DNA of 64,000 nucleotides from Nitrospiria bacterium (GCA_035517195.1 DATIZH010000007.1:41884-105883), one strand, 5' to 3'; positions 29,471-36,998 are shown, counted from the first letter of the stretch. The notes: generated by a model from the letters alone, not told the origin. Numbers and translations: made by a program.

Positions 29471-29513
29471 TATAACAGGACAGTGAGAAGCAACGACGGA
29501 CACCGTTAACGCC

Positions 29514-29600
29514 GACACCGATAAGAGCAAACCCCGAGTGATCGGGGGGCGCAAAGCCGCTCACCCCGCCGATGGAGGGCAGGGCAGGAGGGTTGCCGAA
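29514..29600 (+). promoter_or_regulatory. Candidate c-di-GMP-I (GEMM-I) riboswitch aptamer
   Basis: 29525-29558 reads GAGCAAA-CCCCGA-GUGA-UCGGGG-GGCGCAAAGCC. It is segment-for-segment colinear with the remembered Vc2 core GGGCAAA-CCAUUC-GAAA-GAGUGG-GACGCAAAGCC, including a GNRA tetraloop. A second C-rich/G-rich hairpin (29557-29592) follows. It lies between a promoter and a large secreted-protein gene. Confidence 0.55.
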
Positions 29601-29642
29601 GTGAACGGAAGGTACAGGAAAGCTCATTTTCACTTGCCGAAA

Positions 29643-32600
29643 ATGGGCTTATTATTTGCGTGCAGAACGCTGCATCACCGCGCGCTCACTGGCATTTTCA
29701 CTTTAATATTCTGCTGGGTGGCATTTCCCGCGCACGAGGCGAAGGCCGCGGTCGCCTACAGGGCCTCCGGGACGTTCACCGCCAGAACAGGCTCGATCTC
29801 ACCGCCTTATCCCGCGAGCATGCAGGCCAATGATGTCTGCCTGCTTGTTGTCGAGTCAGAGAATCAGGCCATCTCGCTCTCCTCGGCGCAGGGATTTGCC
29901 GAACTCCCCTGGTCGCCCCAGAGCGCTGGGACATCCGGCGTGAACCCGGCGACTCGACTGGCAGTATTCTGGAAACGGACGGTCGGCGGCGACACGGCCC
30001 CGTCCGTCGCCGACACCGGCGACCATACGACGGGCCAGATCCACTGTTTCTCCGGCGTGATCACCTCCGGCAATCCATGGGACGTCGGCACGGGCGGGAA
30101 CGACGGCGGCGCCAATGACACAAGTGGTTCGATCCCAGGCGCCACCACGACGGTCGATTCAACACTGGTCGTCCTAGTGATCTCCACGAGTTATAACGGG
30201 AGCAGTAACACCCAATGCTCGAACTGGACCAACGCGAGCCTGACCAATTTAACGGAGAGAGCGGACAATACTTCCACAGTAGGATTTGGTGGCGGCCATT
30301 GCATGGCCACGGGCGACATGACCACTGCGGGCACCTACGCCACGACCACCGTAACGCTGGCGAATACGACCTACAAAGGGGCGATTTCGCTTGCGCTTAA
30401 ACCATCTGCCCCCCCGGTGGCCAATCCGACCGAGATTCATTACAGATGGCGGGATGACGACGGTCCCGAAGCCGGCGTCCTGAACCTCGCCCTGATCTGC
30501 GCCACGGCGACCTGCACCGATGTCAATATTGATGTCCCCTTGAAGAATCATCTTATTGCCCTGGGGCACACCGTGACCACCTATATCGACACCAATCATA
30601 CATGGACACCCACCAATTACGACGTGATCGTCATCTCTGAGTCGGTGTTGTCGGCCAACACCGCATGGTTGAAACCCTACGCGGTCCCCATCTTGACGGT
30701 CGAGGGGCAAAATTGGGATGAACTCAGTATGGGGACGAGCGGCGACAGTAACCTCGGCGGCAGCCTAGACATCGATATCGTCAATAATACTCACTTCATC
30801 ACCTCCGTCTATCCGCTCGGAACGTTGACCATCAACACCGCCGGCACGAACACCAGCAATGATCTGGGCTATATGGCCGGCTGGGCCAATGGCGTGACGG
30901 ACTTGGCGACTTACACCTCCAACAGCAGTTGGGCCAGACTGCTGGTGGTGGACAAAGGTGGCGCCCTGGTGACAAGCGGAACTGCGGCTGAACGCCGTGT
31001 GTTCTTCGGCGCCCGTTATTTCGGCGAACTGACCAGCGATGGCATCAGGATTTTCGACCGGGCTCTGGCTTGGGTCTCCTATCTTGGCGCCGGCGCCACA
31101 TTCCTGGCCAACGAGGATACGCCGGTGACCGGTTATCCCAAACTCACGACCATTCGAAACAGAATCGAAATCGCCAATCAGGGCGGAACCACCACCGGCG
31201 CCATGACCTACCGGCTGGAATATGCTCTGTCGACGTCCGGTCCGTGGACTTCCGTGCCCGCCGCCGCCACATCAGAAGACTGGGAAATGGTCGACTCCAC
31301 ATTCATCACCGACGGGCAGTCGACACAAAACATTATCCCTGGATTGACCGATGTTGGATCGCCGTTCGTTTCGGGCCAGTTGAAGGATACAGGGTCGACA
31401 ACCGGTGCGATTGCGCTGGGAGGCAGTCAGTTTACGGAGCTCGAATATTCCATCCATGCCACCAGCAACGCGACGAATTGCCAGACCTATTATTTCCGCG
31501 TGACCAACGCCGGTTCAACAACCAATTTCACCTACACCGTCTACCCTCAGATCACGCTGGCCGGTTCACCGACCTGCACCGCACCCACGCCGGTCGACAA
31601 TCTGACGATCACGGCCAACAACTCTCAGAACACGATCACATGGGACAATCCCGCCTCGAATTACACGCAAGTTCTTGTGCTGGCGAAGACCTCGGACTGC
31701 GCCTTCAGCAGCGATCCCGTCGGCACCGAGCCGATCAACACGACGGTCGGGACCGGGACGGTGATATTCAATGACAATCCGGCGGTCGACCTGTCTTCAA
31801 CATCGGTGACGGTGGGAGGACCGACCACGGTCAGCTACACGGCGGCCACCCAGCGATTGGTTCATAGCGGCCTGACCGATGGTGTGGTGTACTGCTACAA
31901 AATCTACATGAGAAACGGCGATTTGATCGATGACGATAGCGGCGCCGGCCGTCCTTCGGTCACCGCCACGGGCACCGACGGGGTTTCGCCCAGTGCGGTG
32001 TGGAGCTTCAATCAGATCGCCTCGACCGGGGCTACACTCGTCCAACCTAGCGTCGATCCCGGGGCGTCGATCTACACATCATATGGCAACGGCACGTTGG
32101 TCGCCATGGATGCGACGGACGGCTTGCTCTCTTGGCGCGTCACACCGGCGTCAGGCGCGATCCAGGATCAATCCGCGGTTGTGCCGATGTCGGGTTCTAG
32201 CACCTGCGGGGTCGCCGGGGCCACCACCTGTCTGTTCGCCGCCGCCCAGGACGGTTTCGTGTATGCGCGAAACGTAACGGACGGGGGCGGGACGTGGAAT
32301 TATCAAAACGGGTCGAGTGATATGCTCCAGGGCGCGCCGGCTGTGCAGGTTAAAGCCTACAGCAACGGCGGGTTTACCTCGACGACCGATCTCGTCTTTG
32401 CGGCCACACGGGACGCCACGACCATGGCCAACAAAGTGTTTGCCCTGAATCCGACCGTCTCCCCGCCGACAGTGGTATGGCTCTACACGGGCGGCAGCGT
32501 CAACCCATCGTTGGACATGATCACCTCTGCGCCGGTCGTCGACTACAGCAACAACCGACTCTATGTGACAAGTAACTCGAACGGAGGCACCCAGCGAAGC

Positions 32601-33227
32601 CTGTGGGTGTTTAACACCCTCAATGGAACATTACTCAGCACCGGATCGACCTACGGAGGAACGACCCTCGGGGATATCCAGGTGCCGCCCGCCTTGAGCA
32701 TTGACGGAAGCGTGGTTTATGTCGGAACGACGGCCGGAAACATCAGAGCCTACAACACCAGTACCGGTGCGCTGCTCTGGAGCTTCCCGGCCGGCAGCGC
32801 GGTTGTGTCTGGGCTGTGGGTCGAGTTCCGTTCGGGCCTGTCGGGGAATATCTTTTTCGCCACGGCCAACGGGAAGATCTGGAGGATAAAAGATAACGGA
32901 TCCTCCGCCACCGATTTGTGGGGGGCCGGCGCCCCGATGATCACCGCCGCATCATTCCCAGTTGTGATTCCTTCCTCCGGAAAGGTCTACGCTGCAGGCT
33001 GCTCGGGCGCGAGTTGTTCCAGCGGCAGTCTAGCCAAGCTCTACCAACTCGCCGTGTCGACCGGGACGAAAGAGCAGTGCCGCATTCTGGGGACCGACGT
33101 CACGCCGGGAGATCCGGCGTTCGATACCGTGCTTGAACAATTGATTGTTGGGGCCACCGATGGCAAATTGCACGCTTACGCCGCGCCTGGCGGCATCCTG
33201 GGGGGAGATCCGTCATGCACGCCATGA
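29643..33227 (+). CDS. 1,194-aa secreted multidomain protein with a C-terminal PQQ-like/BamB-like beta-propeller
   Basis: Signal peptide MGLLFACRTLHHRALTGIFTLIFCWVAFPAHEAKA. About 8 propeller-blade motifs (LVAMDATDGLLSWRV, FVYARNVTDGGGTWNY, IRAYNTSTGALLWSF, IWRIKDNGSSATDLW, and others). Start moved from ORF-track 29538, which lies inside the riboswitch-like element. TTG 29634 is an alternative start. Confidence 0.7.
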   Translation: MGLLFACRTLHHRALTGIFTLIFCWVAFPAHEAKAAVAYRASGTFTARTGSISPPYPASMQANDVCLLVVESENQAISLSSAQGFAELPWSPQSAGTSGVNPATRLAVFWKRTVGGDTAPSVADTGDHTTGQIHCFSGVITSGNPWDVGTGGNDGGANDTSGSIPGATTTVDSTLVVLVISTSYNGSSNTQCSNWTNASLTNLTERADNTSTVGFGGGHCMATGDMTTAGTYATTTVTLANTTYKGAISLALKPSAPPVANPTEIHYRWRDDDGPEAGVLNLALICATATCTDVNIDVPLKNHLIALGHTVTTYIDTNHTWTPTNYDVIVISESVLSANTAWLKPYAVPILTVEGQNWDELSMGTSGDSNLGGSLDIDIVNNTHFITSVYPLGTLTINTAGTNTSNDLGYMAGWANGVTDLATYTSNSSWARLLVVDKGGALVTSGTAAERRVFFGARYFGELTSDGIRIFDRALAWVSYLGAGATFLANEDTPVTGYPKLTTIRNRIEIANQGGTTTGAMTYRLEYALSTSGPWTSVPAAATSEDWEMVDSTFITDGQSTQNIIPGLTDVGSPFVSGQLKDTGSTTGAIALGGSQFTELEYSIHATSNATNCQTYYFRVTNAGSTTNFTYTVYPQITLAGSPTCTAPTPVDNLTITANNSQNTITWDNPASNYTQVLVLAKTSDCAFSSDPVGTEPINTTVGTGTVIFNDNPAVDLSSTSVTVGGPTTVSYTAATQRLVHSGLTDGVVYCYKIYMRNGDLIDDDSGAGRPSVTATGTDGVSPSAVWSFNQIASTGATLVQPSVDPGASIYTSYGNGTLVAMDATDGLLSWRVTPASGAIQDQSAVVPMSGSSTCGVAGATTCLFAAAQDGFVYARNVTDGGGTWNYQNGSSDMLQGAPAVQVKAYSNGGFTSTTDLVFAATRDATTMANKVFALNPTVSPPTVVWLYTGGSVNPSLDMITSAPVVDYSNNRLYVTSNSNGGTQRSLWVFNTLNGTLLSTGSTYGGTTLGDIQVPPALSIDGSVVYVGTTAGNIRAYNTSTGALLWSFPAGSAVVSGLWVEFRSGLSGNIFFATANGKIWRIKDNGSSATDLWGAGAPMITAASFPVVIPSSGKVYAAGCSGASCSSGSLAKLYQLAVSTGTKEQCRILGTDVTPGDPAFDTVLEQLIVGATDGKLHAYAAPGGILGGDPSCTP

Positions 33228-33826
33228 GATCCGGGGCGATCCCCACTGCTGTTGTGCTGCTTGTCCTGTTCGTTTGCGGGGGAATGGAGCTTGCTATTTC
33301 TGGCCCCGCCAGGGCGGGAAATCTCATACTGACGAACAGCATTGGAAGGAATCATGGAAGGGACCACCACACACCGGTTAAGGCGTTGCTCACCGTTGCC
33401 GGCACCGATCTATCGGCCCACACACGGGGCTCCGGCATCATATGGGAAACCTTGAAAGTCGGCACGAGCTTCTCTGCCTCCACTGTCAGGGATCTGTATC
33501 TGTACATCTATTGGACCAATCTCTCCGGGAACCACATTGTGACAGTGACCTTTTACAGCCCTGACGGACAGCTCTATGAGCAACGGCTCATTCCTGTCAC
33601 AACCAGTGCTCAGTCGGTGTCACCGAGGATGGTTCCCGGGGTGGAACGATCCGTGAATGTCCAATCAACTCGGAACTTTGCACAGTACAACGTGTCGACT
33701 GTTCAGCTGCCGGTCGCCGGCACCTGGATCACCAGACATCGTCTTCTGGGCACATGGCGTGCGGATGTCCTCCTGGATCAGGCCTCGACGCCCATCGTCA
33801 GCAGCACCTTTACCATTATGAACTGA
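33224..33826 (+). CDS. 200-aa secreted protein of unknown function
   Basis: Signal-like MRSGAIPTAVVLLVLFVCGGMELAISGPARA. ATGA overlap with the stop of the propeller gene implies translational coupling. No motif recognised. Confidence 0.55.
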   Translation: MRSGAIPTAVVLLVLFVCGGMELAISGPARAGNLILTNSIGRNHGRDHHTPVKALLTVAGTDLSAHTRGSGIIWETLKVGTSFSASTVRDLYLYIYWTNLSGNHIVTVTFYSPDGQLYEQRLIPVTTSAQSVSPRMVPGVERSVNVQSTRNFAQYNVSTVQLPVAGTWITRHRLLGTWRADVLLDQASTPIVSSTFTIMN

Positions 33827-33857
33827 CCATGATGTGCCAGACCCTGCGGGCGCGCGG

Positions 33858-33886
33858 TTGCGGGATCCGGCGGGGTGGGGTATAGT
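33858..33886 (+). promoter_or_regulatory. Possible internal promoter in front of the small ORF/kinase/rSAM genes
   Basis: TTGCGG (33858-33863), 17-nt spacer, TATAGT (33881-33886). The -10 hexamer is the same as at 29465. Confidence 0.3.
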
Positions 33887-33921
33887 GGTAAAAACCGCCA
33901 TGTTCGAGGAGGATGACGAGG

Positions 33922-34086
33922 ATGGATGAACAATCGAACGTCGAACGTCGATCGCTCCCCCCTGAACCCTATCGAAAACCGAAGATCGAATGGGAGGAAC
34001 CATTTGAACCCGTGACGTCGGCCATCAGCTGCGCCAAGCATCCCGGCCAGGGTGTTCCCAGTTGCACAGCGGCGCCGAAAGTCTAA
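33922..34086 (+). CDS. Unannotated 54-aa ORF, candidate RiPP precursor peptide
   Basis: Hand translation: MDEQSNVERRSLPPEPYRKPKIEWEEPFEPVTSAISCAKHPGQGVPSCTAAPKV. GAGGAGG (33906-33912) lies 9 nt before the ATG. The stop is 7 nt before the kinase ATG. Below the 60-aa cut-off of the ORF track. Confidence 0.5.
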   Translation: MDEQSNVERRSLPPEPYRKPKIEWEEPFEPVTSAISCAKHPGQGVPSCTAAPKV

Positions 34087-34093
34087 GATCGAG

Positions 34094-34897
34094 ATGACCG
34101 CTTCTTCAGTGACGCTTGAAATGGGAGGATTCACGTGCGCCATCCTCTCGGGGGATCAGGCGATCACCGAACCACTTACCCGTCGATATCAGGGGTTTTT
34201 TTCGACCGACCCTCCCGACTTCACGCTTACAACCATGATCATGGATGGCGCTGCCCGGCAAGATGGGGTGTTGGAGATTCAATCAGGGGCGGTCGCCGTC
34301 GGGCGATCCGCGCGGCGATTGACGCTGACCGGGAGTGGTTTCTGGGCCGAATGTGATCTGGACCTCAGGACGGGGACCATCGTTCAACCATTGAATTTAA
34401 GTCCTTTAGATGTACTACTCAAGGCGATCTATTCACACTACTTGTCATATGAAGACGCCTGCTTTGTCCATGGCTGTGCCATACAGCGCCAGGGCAGAGG
34501 CTTCCTGTTCTTTGGCCCCAGCGGCAGCGGCAAATCGACAATGGCCAAGATAGCAGGCGAAGGAGTGCTGGCGGACGAATTGGTGATTCTGCGCCGGCGT
34601 GAACGCAGTTATGAGCTTCATGGGACGCCGTTTTGGGGCGGCAGCAATTCGACGGCGCCCCTGACGGGGCTGTTCGCGCTCAGTCTTGACCGTCGCGCGG
34701 AGACCGACACCCTCTTGACGCCGGCCCAGACGGTGCGTCGACTGCTCCCCTGCATGGGTAATTTTATCGAAGATGCGGCGTGCCAGGCGCGGCTGCTGGC
34801 TCTTGCCAGCTCAGTAGCGCAAACCATGCCGTGCCGGCAAGTGCAATTCTCGACCACCGCATCGATGGAGTCCTGGGCCCATGCTCATTTCGTTTGA
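34094..34897 (+). CDS. HPr kinase-related P-loop protein (HprK-like serine kinase)
   Basis: VHGCAIQRQGRGFLFFGPSGSGKSTMAKIAGEGVLADELVIL parallels the HprK C-terminal domain (P-loop plus LVADD-like). Start moved from GTG 34052 to ATG 34094. Confidence 0.65.
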   Translation: MTASSVTLEMGGFTCAILSGDQAITEPLTRRYQGFFSTDPPDFTLTTMIMDGAARQDGVLEIQSGAVAVGRSARRLTLTGSGFWAECDLDLRTGTIVQPLNLSPLDVLLKAIYSHYLSYEDACFVHGCAIQRQGRGFLFFGPSGSGKSTMAKIAGEGVLADELVILRRRERSYELHGTPFWGGSNSTAPLTGLFALSLDRRAETDTLLTPAQTVRRLLPCMGNFIEDAACQARLLALASSVAQTMPCRQVQFSTTASMESWAHAHFV

Positions 34898-36059
34898 TTC
34901 AGACCACCATCGATTGGAGCCATCGAATACTGCCACACGTTATGGGCGAATCGTCAGGCAGGCGGCCAGTGCGCATATTCCGATGAATGTGCTGGTGGAA
35001 CTCACGCACCGCTGCCATCTCGATTGCGTTCACTGTTATCTCGAAGACAATCATGCGCATGACGCAAGGCCTCGAGAGCTCACCACCGAAGAGCTCTATC
35101 ACCTGATTGATGATCTGGTGGCCGCCGGCTGTCTGTTTCTGACCCTCAGCGGCGGGGAGATTTTTCTTCGATCGGATACGTTGAAAATCGCGCGGTATGC
35201 CAGGAGCCGCGGGATGGCGATCCGGTTCTTCACCGCCGGATTGCTTCTGACCACCGAGTTGATCGACGCCATCGCAGAGCTCCATCCGCTCTCTGTTGAA
35301 TTCTCTCTGTATTCGGCCGACCATCCGGACATTCATGACGCCATCACACGCGTGCCTGGTTCTCACGCCAAAACCCTGTGGTCATTGCGGGAGCTGTCCG
35401 CGCGTCGGATTCCGGTGGTGATCAAGACCCCATTGATGCGATCGGTGTATAAGGAATACCCTGGCATTATTGCGCTGGCCCGATCTCTCGGCGCGGAGTA
35501 TCTGCTTGATCCGACCGTAACCCCAAGAAACGATGGTGATCTCTCCACCTGTGCGTTGCGTGTCACAGCGGACCAGCTGGCCGAACTGTATGCCGATCAG
35601 TCTCTGCCCGTGGCCGAGGAGATCAGAACCCTGGCATCCCGCCGCCGACCCAGGGACCCGGATGATGAGATATGCAATCTTGGCAAGACGGGTTGCGCCA
35701 TTTCCCCGTTTGGTGATGTCTATCCGACGTTGGGTTTTCCCTGGTCGGCCGGCAATATCAGACTCGAATCGTTTCAGACAATCTGGCGGGACTCGCCCGT
35801 CTTGGCGAGACTCCGCAACATGAAAGTCAAGGATTTGGGGGTCTGTTCACACTGCGAGAAGGCATCATACTGCAACCGATGCTGCATGTGGGCGCTGATG
35901 GATGACGGCAATTTGCTTGGTGGATCCACCTGGGCCTGCGACATCGCGGCCGCCAAGGAACGGGCGGCTGGGCTTTCATCGAATCCGACCCCCCACCAGT
36001 TAAATATGAGTCAAAGAACGAACGACGATGTTGTTGTTCCACTTCGCCTGATGTTGTAA
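34881..36059 (+). CDS. Radical SAM enzyme with C-terminal SPASM domain
   Basis: CHLDCVHC (CxxxCxxC) and GGEIFL. SPASM-type Cys cluster CNLGKTGCAISPFGDVYP...CSHCEKASYCNRCCMW. 17-nt overlap with the kinase gene. Confidence 0.85.
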   Translation: MLISFDSDHHRLEPSNTATRYGRIVRQAASAHIPMNVLVELTHRCHLDCVHCYLEDNHAHDARPRELTTEELYHLIDDLVAAGCLFLTLSGGEIFLRSDTLKIARYARSRGMAIRFFTAGLLLTTELIDAIAELHPLSVEFSLYSADHPDIHDAITRVPGSHAKTLWSLRELSARRIPVVIKTPLMRSVYKEYPGIIALARSLGAEYLLDPTVTPRNDGDLSTCALRVTADQLAELYADQSLPVAEEIRTLASRRRPRDPDDEICNLGKTGCAISPFGDVYPTLGFPWSAGNIRLESFQTIWRDSPVLARLRNMKVKDLGVCSHCEKASYCNRCCMWALMDDGNLLGGSTWACDIAAAKERAAGLSSNPTPHQLNMSQRTNDDVVVPLRLML

Positions 36060-36110
36060 GTCCTTTCGCACGCCTTCCCCCCACCCATTTCCAGCACAAC
36101 TTCCTTCAGC

Positions 36111-36132
36111 GATGTCTGAGGTCTCAGACATC
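36111..36132. promoter_or_regulatory. Perfect 22-bp palindrome (10-bp arms, 2-nt centre)
   Basis: GATGTCTGAG-GT-CTCAGACATC, located 22 nt upstream of the -35 box of the wza promoter and 52 nt after the rSAM stop. Confidence 0.6.
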
Positions 36133-36153
36133 TGGTTGATGTTGCGGGACAAT

Positions 36154-36182
36154 TTGACAGTATTACGGACCTCGGCTACATT
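36154..36182 (+). promoter_or_regulatory. Putative sigma70-type promoter of the EPS export/assembly operon
   Basis: TTGACA (36154-36159), 17-nt spacer, TACATT (36177-36182). Confidence 0.45.
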
Positions 36183-36258
36183 TTTATTAACGAGTATTCT
36201 TCAATCGGCACTGCCGGTGAACAATGAGGATATTAAGACGGCAATGGGGAGTGCGGTC

Positions 36259-36987
36259 ATGGTGAAGTCTCGGGCGCAGATCTTGCGGATTGCGGCCGGA
36301 GCACTCGCCGGGCTGATCATCGCCGGGTGCGCTATCCGGACCCCGCCTCCGACAACAGTCACGGAACCGGTCGCTTCGACGGTCAGGTCCGATTTGCTGA
36401 CCATTTCGGCTGGCGACGTCTTAGAAGTCGTCATCCGCAGGGGAGCCGGCGAGGAAACCTACACCGGCACCGTCAGGGACAACGGCACATTGTCGGTTTC
36501 TTTCATTGATGCGGACGTCAAGGGATTGAGCCTGATGGAGGCGGAAAAGAAGCTGACGGAGATGCTCTCCCCCTACATCAAGGACCCGCGCGTTCAAGTC
36601 CTCTTCAAACAGAAGGTGATCACCGACCGAATCTTCGTCTTCGGAGAGGTCAATAAGCCCGGCGTCATTCCGTTGGAGCCGGGGATGACGGTCGTGGACG
36701 CGGTGGGCAAAGCGAACGGCTATACCAACTATGCCTATCTGCCGAGTGTCCGCGTCTTACGCGGGGGAGGGAACCGTCCCGAAGTGCTCGCGGTCGATCT
36801 TGATCAACTGATTTACCATGGCCAGCTGGGACAAAACCTGCTCCTCAGGAATCAAGACATTGTGTTTATCCCCAGGTCTCAGATCGGCGATTGGAACGCC
36901 TTCATGAAAGATCTGATGCCGACTCTGGAGGTTATCGAGAAGGCGTTGCAGCCGCCCATTCTCTATCAGACGATCAGGAATAACTAA
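36259..36987 (+). CDS. wza: Polysaccharide export outer-membrane lipoprotein (Wza family)
   Basis: Lipobox LIIAGC after MVKSRAQILRIAAGALAG. Poly_export-like GDVLEVVI...PYIKDPRVQV and SLBB-like RIFVFGEVNKPGVIPLEPGMTVVDAV. ATG 36244 is an alternative start. ORF-track 36112 lies in the palindrome/promoter. Confidence 0.8.
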   Translation: MVKSRAQILRIAAGALAGLIIAGCAIRTPPPTTVTEPVASTVRSDLLTISAGDVLEVVIRRGAGEETYTGTVRDNGTLSVSFIDADVKGLSLMEAEKKLTEMLSPYIKDPRVQVLFKQKVITDRIFVFGEVNKPGVIPLEPGMTVVDAVGKANGYTNYAYLPSVRVLRGGGNRPEVLAVDLDQLIYHGQLGQNLLLRNQDIVFIPRSQIGDWNAFMKDLMPTLEVIEKALQPPILYQTIRNN

Positions 36988-36998
36988 GGAGACCTTGT

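Noticed and set aside
29538-29642. ORF-track N-terminal extension of the giant protein (MIGGRKAAHPADGG...)
   Set aside because: It overlaps the riboswitch-like structured leader and precedes the obvious signal peptide that begins at ATG 29643. No ribosome-binding site was seen.
29643-33227. PEP-CTERM/exosortase system (suggested by the TPR protein, ExeA-like ATPase, Wza/Wzc, AsnB and O-antigen-ligase-like genes)
   Set aside because: No exosortase-like multi-pass protein is present in the window. The secreted proteins end without a PEP-CTERM-type tail (the giant protein ends ...GGDPSCTP). The system may still be encoded elsewhere, so only the in-window claim is rejected.
33829-33885. 18-codon mini-ORF (MMCQTLRARGCGIRRGGV) as an alternative precursor peptide
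   Set aside because: No Shine-Dalgarno sequence, an Arg/Gly-rich product typical of random GC-rich sequence, and overlap with the putative promoter of the 54-aa ORF.
36112-36258. ORF-track N-terminal extension of wza
   Set aside because: It would start inside the 22-bp palindrome and read through the predicted promoter. The lipoprotein signal peptide begins at 36259 (or 36244).
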